Assembly (NCBI GenBank): GCA_018065065.1
Contig: JAGHTZ010000023.1
Location: 2,552-66,551, forward strand
Direction of reading: 5' to 3'
Length of the DNA stretch: 64,000 bases
From: Candidatus Equadaptatus faecalis
Lineage (GTDB): Bacteria; Synergistota; Synergistia; Synergistales; Synergistaceae
Made by a program: the position numbers and the translations under genes. The notes beneath the pieces were generated by a model that ran no database searches, was not told the DNA's origin, and was given only the letters and a program-made list of their open reading frames with translations. Every line of letters begins with the position of its first letter. Position 1 is the first letter of the stretch. Shown here one piece after another: positions 28,181 through 36,210 of this stretch.

Positions 28181-28340
28181 GTATGATAAAGCAGCAGCCG
28201 GTTCATGTAGAACCGACTGTTTATAGTCTGTTTTGCGTAAGTAGTGTTGGAAATGAGAGACAGCAGCAAAACATAGGGCAAGCGTATCAAATTTCAAGGC
28301 TGTTGCTGTTGAGCAGAAACGGCAGCAATCCTATTGAATT
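28181..28340. repeat. Left copy of a ~160-bp direct repeat (contains a terminator-like hairpin at 28195-28219)
   Basis: GTATGATAAAGCAGCAGCCGGTT...GGCAGCAATCCTATTGAATT is nearly identical to 29834-29994, with only scattered mismatches. Confidence 0.85.
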
Positions 28341-28352
28341 TTTAGCGGCAGT

Positions 28353-28559
28353 ATGCCTGTACTGCGTGATACAAAGGTTGCTAAGAATTATCTGGACGAA
28401 ACAGAACTGAAACTGCTGAATAATCTTGTATCAGGTTATTTTGACATAGCTGAAGTGAATGCTATAGAGCATAAACCGATGTATATGAGGGATTATATTG
28501 CGCAGCTTGACGCCGTGCTTTCATCGGGCGGAAGAAAACTTTTGGACAATGCTATGTAA
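28353..28559 (+). pseudogene. C-terminal fragment of a RhuM-family protein
   Basis: VAKNYLDETELKLLNNLVSGYFDIAEVNAIEHKPMYMRDYIAQLDAVL matches the RhuM C-terminal region. Only 68 codons are present. Confidence 0.6.
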
Positions 28560-28592
28560 TTGCCCTGACAATTTGCTGCTTATTAAACAGCG

Positions 28593-29423
28593 TCAACTTG
28601 GCTTTGCAAGAGCAATTTTTTCTGCTTCTGCCAGGACGTTCAACTGATATTCCGCAATCTGTTTCAGTGCTTGATACCTTTCTGCCTTGCCCAACCCTGC
28701 TTTTATCATTTCTGCGTTGTGCGTCTCAAGGTTTGACAAGACGGTAAGTTCAGATATTGAAGCATAATCCCTAAGATTTGATTTTTTAGCAAGTTCTGGA
28801 TTGCTATCCCTCCATGCTTTAGCAGTACAGTTAAAAATGATTACGTTTAAAAGATCCGCTTCGTCCGCATACATTATCCACTCAAGATTACGGCTGAGCT
28901 TGCTTTCGGGTACAATGTATTTTTTGACTGCATCGGTATGTATCAGATAGTTATTTTTGGAAAGAAGTCTTTTAGCGCTCCACTCAATTTTGAGTTTGTC
29001 GTTTTCAGCGTCTTTCAATCGCTGATATTCTTTTATCAAGTACAATTTAAACACAGGGCTTATTGCAGAGCCAAATTCAAAAGCAATATCCTTGTGTGCA
29101 AACGTTCCGCCGTAACGTCCGTTTTTCACATACATTCCGATTGCGTGCGTCTGTTCAATCCATTCTTTTGCGCTTAACGTAAATGTATGCAGTCCGGCCT
29201 GTGTTCTAAAGTGGTCGAATTCGACCACTTTAAAATCAGTATTGTAAATCATCTCCCAAGTTCCAAGAAATTCAAGAGTAGTTCTTGAACGCATCCAGTT
29301 TTTTATAACATCGGCAGCTCTGGAAGAATCTGTTCGGGCACGCGCCATATCAGTAAGACTGATATAATCATCAATTACCGTTACGAAAAACTTTTGTACA
29401 GTAAGTTGTGTTGTTTTTCCCAT
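28593..29423 (-). CDS. KilA-N domain-containing protein
   Basis: FFVTVIDDYISLTDMARARTDSSRAADVIKNWMRSRTTLEFLGTWE is a KilA-N DNA-binding domain. The start is set at the ATG preceded by AGGAGG; the ORF track extends to 29474. Confidence 0.7.
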   Translation of the reverse strand: MGKTTQLTVQKFFVTVIDDYISLTDMARARTDSSRAADVIKNWMRSRTTLEFLGTWEMIYNTDFKVVEFDHFRTQAGLHTFTLSAKEWIEQTHAIGMYVKNGRYGGTFAHKDIAFEFGSAISPVFKLYLIKEYQRLKDAENDKLKIEWSAKRLLSKNNYLIHTDAVKKYIVPESKLSRNLEWIMYADEADLLNVIIFNCTAKAWRDSNPELAKKSNLRDYASISELTVLSNLETHNAEMIKAGLGKAERYQALKQIAEYQLNVLAEAEKIALAKPS

Positions 29424-29583
29424 TACAGCCTCCTGTTCTGAAACACCTTGCGTTTCATGGTCTCTGCCCTTCATATTTCATATTTTAATTTTAGTCTTTT
29501 TCTCTGCATTCTACCATCTGCCTGTCGCAAGCAACCCACTATTTTCCGGAAACTTCTATATTCTACTTCCTACCCGCTGCCCT

Positions 29584-29739
29584 CTAATCTCTTCGCAGCC
29601 TCCAACCGGCAAGCATAAGAGTTGAAAGCGGATAATAAATCATCGGTTTGTCATATACCGGAAGCAGTTGTTTTGACGTTACCATTGTAAGCGGGTAAAG
29701 CCTTGTTCCTGCGCCCCCTGCAAGAATTATGCCGTTCAT
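29584..29739 (-). pseudogene. 5-prime fragment of a second, divergent rmlA allele in inverted orientation
   Basis: [45 protein letters not shown] is followed by unrelated residues and a stop. A GGAGG RBS is retained. Confidence 0.75.
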
Positions 29740-29833
29740 TGCGATACCTCCGTGCGATATACTTTTGGAAATTATACTACAAAGAAGCAAACTATGAGAA
29801 TTTGTTTAGTAAGTTGTTGTTATGTTTTTGCCT

Positions 29834-29994
29834 GTATGATAAAGCAGCAGCCGGTTTGTGTAGAACCGGCTGTTTATAGTCTGTTTTTGCGTAAGTGGTG
29901 TTGGAAATGAGAGACAGCAGCAAAACATATGGCAAGCGTATCAAATTTCAAGGCTGTTGCTGTTAAGCAGAAAGGGCAGCAATCCTGTTGAATT
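29834..29994. repeat. Right copy of the ~160-bp direct repeat
   Basis: See 28181-28340. This copy carries a perfect hairpin, CAGCCGGTT-N7-AACCGGCTG. Confidence 0.85.
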
Positions 29995-30103
29995 ATTATG
30001 GTAATGTTACCGTTTTCATACAATAGGATTATAACATATATAAGTTGACAAACAATACAATAACGATATAATAACAATAGTGAAATGATGGAGGTGCATG
30101 ATT

Positions 30104-30370
30104 ATGGCGACAACTACGATTAATATCAGAATAGACAGCGATATCAAACCTCAGTTTGAGGAGTTTTGCAAGAATATCGGTATGAGTATGTCGGGCGCTT
30201 TTAATGTTTTTGCCCATCAGGCAGTCAGGGAACAGAAAATTCCGTTTAGTATCACTGCCGGTGACAGATTTTATTCTGCGCATAACATTAAGTCTCTTGA
30301 AAAGCTTGTTTCCGATGTCAAAAGCGGGAACGCAAAGCTGACAGAGCATGAGCTTATCGAAATTGACTGA
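30104..30370 (+). CDS. RelB/DinJ-family type II antitoxin with a YefM-like C-terminal tail
   Basis: INIRIDSDIKPQFEEFCKNIGMSMSGAFNVFAHQAV is a ribbon-helix-helix DinJ-type N-terminus. The C-terminal tail is ...KSGNAKLTEHELIEID. Confidence 0.75.
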   Translation: MATTTINIRIDSDIKPQFEEFCKNIGMSMSGAFNVFAHQAVREQKIPFSITAGDRFYSAHNIKSLEKLVSDVKSGNAKLTEHELIEID

Positions 30371-30422
30371 TGACGACACCGTTGAAATTTACCGCTGCCG
30401 TACACACTACGGAGAACATTAG
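30370..30422 (+). pseudogene. Stub of a YoeB/RelE-type toxin gene (internal deletion)
   Basis: An ATG overlaps the antitoxin stop (TGATG). In a different frame, 30381-30422 encodes VEIYRCRTHYGEH*, which resembles the YoeB C-terminus ...IAACRYHY. Confidence 0.45.
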
Positions 30423-30520
30423 CCATACGGCGGCATAATTACAGAAAATGCTGTTTTGCTGCACAAAACCGCTGTAATGTTGTATAATACTTTCATTCTG
30501 AGAACAGGAGCGGTTGTGTT

Positions 30521-31402
30521 ATGGAGAACAACGAACAGTATGAGGAAATATCCCTGCTTGATCTGCTTGCGATTTTTGGGAGGGGCAGAAAGTTTATTGC
30601 GTTGACTACGCTGATTTTTATGCTTGCCGGAGCGCTTTGGGTTTTTGTTGTAAAGCCTCCGAAGCTGAAATACAAGAGTACGATTCAGATGCTTGTGGTG
30701 TCGCCCTACGTTATTGACAACGAGAGTATGTCACTGAACGTACGCACCGATATGATTGTGGGAATTATCAGAAGCCGTTCGGTTACCGATATGCTTATTG
30801 ACCGTTTCAAACTTGACGTTGACAAGAAGAGCGGCAAGACAACCCCGCGTGACAGATTGTATGAAAACGGCGGTTATTTTGACGGAAAAACGGAAAATTA
30901 CAGCTGCCGAGGCGACCAGAACACGGGCGTTGTTACGCTTAACGTTACCGCCGAGAAGCCTGAAGAAGCTCAGGCAATGGCAGAAGCGGCGTACAAAAAA
31001 GCTGACGAAATTCTGAAAGAAATGGCGCTGTCTGCCGTTGATACCGCAAACAACGCCAACGACGAGAAGCTGGAGAAGGAAATTCAGGCGAAAATAGCGG
31101 AGGTTTCGGAGGCGCAAACCAAAGCGCCGCAGAAGATCAGCGAGCTGCTCGGCATGTATTCGGTGCTTATGGCGCGCGACGAGAGCTACAGGCTTAAGGG
31201 CAAGCAGCCTATTACGCTGCAGCTTCTTTCACCTGCGTCGCTTCCCGATGAACCTGCACCCCGCGGAAGGGGAAAAACGCTTGTTTTGTCCACAATGCTC
31301 GGCTTTTTCCTCGGAATTGCCGGAGCTTTTATGAAGTACGTATGGAGCACTGTGGAGCCTGAAAAGAAAGCGGAGTTGAAGGCGGCATTCGGGAAGAAAT
31401 AG
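30521..31402 (+). CDS. wzz: Wzz-like polysaccharide chain-length determinant (PCP family)
   Basis: The N-terminus is ISLLDLLAIFGRGRKFIALTTLIFMLAGALWVFVV with a TM helix. A coiled periplasmic region follows, then a Pro-rich segment and a C-terminal TM helix. Confidence 0.75.
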   Translation: MENNEQYEEISLLDLLAIFGRGRKFIALTTLIFMLAGALWVFVVKPPKLKYKSTIQMLVVSPYVIDNESMSLNVRTDMIVGIIRSRSVTDMLIDRFKLDVDKKSGKTTPRDRLYENGGYFDGKTENYSCRGDQNTGVVTLNVTAEKPEEAQAMAEAAYKKADEILKEMALSAVDTANNANDEKLEKEIQAKIAEVSEAQTKAPQKISELLGMYSVLMARDESYRLKGKQPITLQLLSPASLPDEPAPRGRGKTLVLSTMLGFFLGIAGAFMKYVWSTVEPEKKAELKAAFGKK

Positions 31403-31422
31403 TCAGTACCGCAAAAAATAAG

Positions 31423-31444
31423 CGGCGCGAAAGCGCCGTTTTTA
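31423..31444. terminator. Bidirectional rho-independent terminator between wzz and folE2
   Basis: The CGGCGC-GAAA-GCGCCG hairpin is flanked by an A-run upstream and a T-run downstream. Confidence 0.6.
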
Positions 31445-32212
31445 TTTTGTTCTTTCGATTGCCGCGAAGGCGTTGTGGTTGTGAATGCTTTCGTGGCTTG
31501 TTATTTCCACGCGGAACCATTTTACCCTGCCGTCAGACTGCAGCCTGAGCGCGGTTTCGCGTACGAAGTCTTCAACGAAGCGAGGCGTTTCGTAGGCGTG
31601 TTCCGTGACGAATTTTTCGTCCTCGCGTTTGAGCAGGGAGTAAACAGGAGCGGAAGCGCAGTCGTCCGCGATTTCGGCAAGCTCTTCAAGCCAGAGCAGT
31701 CCTTCCATGCGGACAGAGATTTTTGCGTGAGCCCTTTGATTGTGCGCGCCGAATTCAGATATTTCCTTCGAGCAGGGGCACAGCGTCTGAACAGGCGCGA
31801 TAAGTGTCGTTGCTATGTCAAAGCTGCTGCCTTTCAGCGAGGTTTCAACTATCGCATCGTAGCGCACGCGCCCTTTTGCGCCGCTGACAGGCGCCGTTTT
31901 TGTTATGAAATACGGAAACGCGAATACGGCGTGAGCTTCGTCTGCGCTGAGTTTTTCTTTAAGCGCGGCAAGCAGGGAGCGCATGTTGTGCAGCGTTATG
32001 TTTTTTTCCTGCGCGGCAAGCAGCTCGATAAAGCGGCTCATGTGCGTTCCGCGGTAGTCGTGCGGAAGCAGCACGGAGAGCGAAACTTCGGCAACTGTTT
32101 CCTGCGTGCCGTTTTCCCTGTCCATAACGGTAACCGGCCAGGAAATGCCGCTTACCCCGACCTTGTCTATTTCTATGTTTCTTGCATCACGTTCGCTCTG
32201 TACGTCTTTCAT
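31442..32212 (-). CDS. folE2: GTP cyclohydrolase I type 2 (FolE2/MptA family)
   Basis: MKDVQSERDARNIEIDKVGVSGISWPVTV is the typical FolE2 N-terminus. The start ATG overlaps the queD stop (ATGA); the ORF track extends 16 codons further. Confidence 0.85.
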   Translation of the reverse strand: MKDVQSERDARNIEIDKVGVSGISWPVTVMDRENGTQETVAEVSLSVLLPHDYRGTHMSRFIELLAAQEKNITLHNMRSLLAALKEKLSADEAHAVFAFPYFITKTAPVSGAKGRVRYDAIVETSLKGSSFDIATTLIAPVQTLCPCSKEISEFGAHNQRAHAKISVRMEGLLWLEELAEIADDCASAPVYSLLKREDEKFVTEHAYETPRFVEDFVRETALRLQSDGRVKWFRVEITSHESIHNHNAFAAIERTK

Positions 32213-32574
32213 TTCAAATCTTCTCTCCTGCATGCGACGGATGAGGTTTCCGTTTCCCATATTTTTATTTCAAACAGCCGGCAGTTCGGTTTTTCGAGAG
32301 GCTTGTCAAGCGTTTTGAATATCCAGAGCGCTATGTTTTCTGTCGTCGGCTGTTCAAGTATGTCGTTTATATAAGCATGGTCGAGCTTTGAAAGCACGAG
32401 TTCTTTTACCGTGCGTTTCACTTCGGCAAAGTCGGTCACCATGTCTTCGTTGTCCGGCGTGCCCTGAAGCGTTACTGCAAGGCGGTAGGTATGTCCGTGC
32501 AGTTTTTCGCATTTACCGTGATAGTTGACGAGGTTGTGCGCCGCGTCGAATTTAAATTCCTTTGTTAAAAACAT
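32209..32574 (-). CDS. queD: 6-carboxytetrahydropterin synthase / 6-pyruvoyl-tetrahydropterin synthase
   Basis: FKFDAAHNLVNYHGKCEKLHGHTYRL carries the zinc-binding His motif of QueD/PTPS. Confidence 0.85.
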   Translation of the reverse strand: MFLTKEFKFDAAHNLVNYHGKCEKLHGHTYRLAVTLQGTPDNEDMVTDFAEVKRTVKELVLSKLDHAYINDILEQPTTENIALWIFKTLDKPLEKPNCRLFEIKIWETETSSVACRREDLK

Positions 32575-32597
32575 AATTCAGCCTCTTTTCAATGCAG

Positions 32598-32792
32598 CAC
32601 AAGCATTAAGCTGTAAGCTATAATACGAGCAATAAGCTATAAGCGCTAAGCCTTAAGCTATAAGCGTTAAGCAATAAGCTATAAGCTACAAGCATTAAGA
32701 CCATAAGCGCCAAGCTATAAGTATTAAGTTTTTTCTTACTGCGTTCAGCTTACTGCTTACAGCTTATAGCTTTCAGCTAGCAACTTGCAGCC
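32598..32792. repeat. Large NNNAAGC heptamer array (about 18 units) followed by an inverted arm, site B
   Basis: The forward arm (32598-32728) reads AAGCATT AAGCTGT AAGCTAT ... AAGTATT AAG. A T6 spacer follows, then the reverse-complement arm (32735-32792), CTTACTGCGTTCAGCTTACTGCTTACAGCTTATAGCTTTCAGCT... Confidence 0.8.
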
Positions 32793-32893
32793 AATAATTC
32801 ACAGTCCGCCGCTTGTTTTTATTATATTATAAAAATGCTGAATAGATAGTATAATTAAAAAAGAAATTTAAGACTCGTGGCGGAGGGAAGCAG

Positions 32894-33532
32894 ATGATAA
32901 GAACGGTGCTTTTTGATTTTGACATGACGCTCGTTGACAGCAGTTACGCGATAGCGCACTGCACCAATCTGCTCGCGGAGCATTTTGGGCTTCGCAGGCT
33001 TTCGCGAGAGGAAACGCTTGCCATAATCGGTATCCACATAGAAAAAGCGTGGGCAAACGTCTGGGGCGATTTCAAGCAGGAATGGCTGGATTATTACAGG
33101 GCGAATTTCGGCGTTAAAGAGGACGCGCTCATACGGGTTTTTGACAGCACGGTTCCGACACTTGAAAAACTCAGAAGCATGGGCATAAAAACCGGCGTGG
33201 CTTCCAACAGGCATTATGCCCTGCGTCCGATAAAAAACCTCGGGCTTGAAAAATATTTGGACAGTATTGTTGGTATCAGGGAAGCGGCGAATCCAAAGCC
33301 TGCCCCCGACATTATTCTGAAATCGCTTGCGGAACTGCGTACTCTCAAAGAAGAGGCTGTCTATGTCGGAGATACCGATACGGATATGAAAACGGCAAAA
33401 AACGCCGGAGTACGCGCAATAGGCATGACGACCGGAAATTTTACGCGCGGGCAGCTGTTTGAAGCAGGCGCGGATTTTGTGTGCGGCGACCTCGCGGAAA
33501 TTCTTGAAATAATTGAAAAAGACAATAAATAG
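32894..33532 (+). CDS. HAD-superfamily hydrolase (phosphoglycolate phosphatase-like)
   Basis: Motif I is VLFDFDMTLVDS, motif II is GVASN and motif IV is VGDTDTDMKTAKNAG. Confidence 0.75.
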   Translation: MIRTVLFDFDMTLVDSSYAIAHCTNLLAEHFGLRRLSREETLAIIGIHIEKAWANVWGDFKQEWLDYYRANFGVKEDALIRVFDSTVPTLEKLRSMGIKTGVASNRHYALRPIKNLGLEKYLDSIVGIREAANPKPAPDIILKSLAELRTLKEEAVYVGDTDTDMKTAKNAGVRAIGMTTGNFTRGQLFEAGADFVCGDLAEILEIIEKDNK

Positions 33533-33568
33533 TGTGCAATTTATACAGCAGAATACGGAGTCTGACTG

Positions 33569-34519
33569 ATGGTAAGAAAATACGACGTTGAGGAAGCAAA
33601 CAGGGGAAACAGCATTGCCTACTGGCTTGCCTTAATTCTTATAGTTGCCTGCTGGCTGCTCGCGTTCAAGTGCTACTTCCGCAGCTATGAAAACCAGCAT
33701 CCGGATATCGCGTGGGCGGCGCCGGGAAGCAACAGGCGCACGGAGCAGGCTGAAGGGCTGTTCCTTTGGGATGAAATGGTGTTGAGTGCTCCTGTCGCCG
33801 GCAAGGTCTATTATCCGCATGGAGAAGGTCCCGTGCGTGTGAGTTCAGGACAGACAGTCGCGAAAATTGTGAGTGCTTCCGGTGCTGAGAAATACGTCCG
33901 CGCTTTTCAGCAGGGTTATTTTGTCGCGGGTACTGACGGCAGCGAAGGCAAGTGGCGTTATTCGCTGCTGTGGCCTGAGCTTAAAGAAGACCTGCCCGAA
34001 ATATCTCCCGTTACGCTTCACCATGACGGAGACGCGGTTGAAGAGGGAGCGGCGATAGGCAAAATGATTCCCCAGCCGCAAAATCTGCGCTTCATAGGGC
34101 TGATTGACAAAGGCTCCGTGCTGAACAAACAGCTTGAAAAACAGCACCTGCGCCTTATGATGGACAGCGAAGATACTCCGCTTTTGACCGACGTAAGCAT
34201 TTCGGTTGACAGCGGAAAAAAAGTTAAATTTCTTGTAACCGTTCCATGGTTTGAACCCAGTGTTGTGCTTAACCGCAGGGGTTTTGTCACTGCGGAATCG
34301 GGAAGGCTTGAAGGCGCTGTAATTCCGCGCTCAGCCGTTACCGAGAGAAGAAACGTGCAGGGGGTTTATCTGGTGCGCGGCACCAGGGTTTTCTTTAAAG
34401 AAATTAAGGGTGAACTGACGGAGGACGGCAAGTTTATAGTGACAGAGGGAGTATTCGCAGGAGACGCCATAGTTGAAGACGCGGAAAAGACCAAGGAAGG
34501 AAGAATCCAGATTTGGTAA
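33569..34519 (+). CDS. Membrane-anchored HlyD-like (barrel-sandwich) hypothetical protein
   Basis: One N-terminal TM helix is followed by LSAPVAGKVYYPHGEGPVRVSSGQTVAKI, which resembles a lipoyl-like hybrid motif. The call is weak. Confidence 0.35.
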   Translation: MVRKYDVEEANRGNSIAYWLALILIVACWLLAFKCYFRSYENQHPDIAWAAPGSNRRTEQAEGLFLWDEMVLSAPVAGKVYYPHGEGPVRVSSGQTVAKIVSASGAEKYVRAFQQGYFVAGTDGSEGKWRYSLLWPELKEDLPEISPVTLHHDGDAVEEGAAIGKMIPQPQNLRFIGLIDKGSVLNKQLEKQHLRLMMDSEDTPLLTDVSISVDSGKKVKFLVTVPWFEPSVVLNRRGFVTAESGRLEGAVIPRSAVTERRNVQGVYLVRGTRVFFKEIKGELTEDGKFIVTEGVFAGDAIVEDAEKTKEGRIQIW

Positions 34520-35208
34520 ACATTAAAGAGAATACAGACGCAGTACGCGCGAAAATAGAGGAAGCCGCAAAGAAAGCAGGGCGCTGCGCTTCGGAAATAA
34601 AGCTGATGGGTGTTTCAAAATTCCATCCGTTTGAAGCCATGCGCGAAGCGGCGCAGTATGTTGACCTGCTCGGAGAAAACCGCGTGCAGGAGGCTGTTTC
34701 AAAGCGGCTGCTTTGGAAGGAATCGCCTTTTGACGCGCCGTGGCACCTCATCGGACAGCTTCAAAAAAACAAGGCAAGGCGCGCATTGGAGACTTTTGAC
34801 CTCATTGAATCCGTTGACAGTTTTGAGCTTGCCTCGCTGCTGAACAGAATTCTGGAAGAAACGGGCAGGAAATTCCCCGTTTATCTTGAGATAAACATGT
34901 CGCACGATGAAAACAAAAGCGGTGCGGAAGCGGAAAACGCGCCGGAAATGCTTGAAAAAATCATGGAAAACTGTCCCCGTCTTTCGGTGGAAGGGCTTAT
35001 GACCATGGCGCCGCTGAACGGTGACGAAAGGGCGGTGCGCCGCGCTTTTTCGGGGCTCCGCACGCTTGCAGAAGAGCTCAGGATACGAAGCGGACTTCAG
35101 CTTCCCGTGCTTTCAATGGGAATGAGCGGAGATTTTGAATACGCCATTGAAGAGGGAAGCACGCTGGTGCGCGTCGGAACCGCTATTTTCGGCGAGAGGG
35201 AGTATTAA
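34513..35208 (+). CDS. yggS: YggS-family pyridoxal-phosphate homeostasis protein
   Basis: IKLMGVSKFHP (PLP lysine), HLIGQLQKNKA and LSMGMSGDFEYAIEEGSTLVRVGTAIFG are present. The TTG start overlaps the upstream stop. Confidence 0.85.
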   Translation: MVNIKENTDAVRAKIEEAAKKAGRCASEIKLMGVSKFHPFEAMREAAQYVDLLGENRVQEAVSKRLLWKESPFDAPWHLIGQLQKNKARRALETFDLIESVDSFELASLLNRILEETGRKFPVYLEINMSHDENKSGAEAENAPEMLEKIMENCPRLSVEGLMTMAPLNGDERAVRRAFSGLRTLAEELRIRSGLQLPVLSMGMSGDFEYAIEEGSTLVRVGTAIFGEREY

Positions 35209-35214
35209 TTTACT

Positions 35215-35305
35215 CACTTTCGCTTCGCGATACTTAGAAAAGATTAACTTTCGCTTCGTGGCACTTGAGAACAGTCACTTTTGTTTCGCAACACTTATAA
35301 ACTGG
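35215..35305. repeat. Three tandem ~30-bp imperfect repeats upstream of divIVA
   Basis: The three units are CACTTTCGCTTCGCGATACTTAGAAAAGATTA, AACTTTCGCTTCGTGGCACTTGAGAACAGT and CACTTTTGTTTCGCAACACTTATAAACTGG. Confidence 0.7.
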
Positions 35306-35316
35306 AGGGATTTTGA

Positions 35317-36210
35317 ATGGATAATCTGCTTACTTCTCAGGACGTTTTGCACGCAGGGTTCAAAAAAGCAATACGCGGTTACGACACAAACGAGGTTGAC
35401 CGTTTCCTTGACGACGTTGTTGACGCGCTGCGGCAGTATGCCGAAAAAATCAGCCGGCTTGAGCGCGAATGCGAAAAGAGCAGGGAAAAGCTTGCCGAGT
35501 TTGAGCACGTGCGTTCGGTTATGCACGACACTCTCCTGATGGCGCAGAAAAGCGCGGAAGAAAAAACCGCTGCTGCCCGCGTGGAAGCTGAAAAGATAAT
35601 CGCGGAAGCAGAAAAGCGCGCCGAAGAAATACGCAGCGGCGCATACAGCGAGAAAAAGGAGCTCTGCGAGGAGCTTGAAAGAATAAAAGAAGTCAGAAAA
35701 CTTTACATGTCGGAGGCAAGAGGCTTTGTGGCGCGTTTTGACGAGTTGCTCTGCCGCTGTGCTTCTCCGACGCCTGTTTCCGAAGAAGCAGAGAGTTTTA
35801 TAAAGCAGAACGCTGAAATTACGTCTGAAGAAGAAGCGGTGCAGGAAGAACCGGCGGAGGAAACGGCTGCCGGGGAAATTCAGCCTGCTGAACCTGAAGA
35901 AATCAGGGAAACAAGTTTTGAAATTGAAAAAGCGTTTCAGCTGGAAGCGCCGGAAAAAGAAGCAGAGGCCACGCAGCCGGAGGAAGAAGAATTCAGGCTG
36001 TTTGATTCCGAAGAGCTTATTATGGCGGATTCGCGCAGTGAAGAAGCGGCGGAAAAAAGCGAGGAAGAAATTTCTGCCGAGCAGCTTGCCGGCGCTGAAC
36101 AGACTTCGTTTGCCGACGATAATCAGTCAAATCTGTTCGGCAGGGACGCAGAACCGCTGCGTCTGCGCAGAAATATAAACTACGCAAAGACTGACGATTT
36201 GGATGATTAG
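35317..36210 (+). CDS. divIVA: DivIVA-domain cell-division protein with an acidic low-complexity C-terminus
   Basis: LTSQDVLHAGFKKAIRGYDTNEVDRFLDDV is the DivIVA N-terminal lipid-binding domain. A coiled coil and an E-rich tail follow. Confidence 0.85.
   Translation: MDNLLTSQDVLHAGFKKAIRGYDTNEVDRFLDDVVDALRQYAEKISRLERECEKSREKLAEFEHVRSVMHDTLLMAQKSAEEKTAAARVEAEKIIAEAEKRAEEIRSGAYSEKKELCEELERIKEVRKLYMSEARGFVARFDELLCRCASPTPVSEEAESFIKQNAEITSEEEAVQEEPAEETAAGEIQPAEPEEIRETSFEIEKAFQLEAPEKEAEATQPEEEEFRLFDSEELIMADSRSEEAAEKSEEEISAEQLAGAEQTSFADDNQSNLFGRDAEPLRLRRNINYAKTDDLDD

Noticed and set aside
28183-28410. 75-aa ORF inside the 160-bp repeat region
   Set aside because: It spans a non-coding repeat plus spacer, has no motifs, and the duplicate copy of the repeat does not preserve the frame.
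31475-32374. 299-aa plus-strand ORF
   Set aside because: It is antisense to folE2 and queD, both of which have strong family signatures.
32598-32792. Possible CRISPR array
   Set aside because: The repeat period is 7 bp with no unique spacers, and no cas genes occur in the window. It is a simple heptamer tandem/inverted array, not CRISPR.
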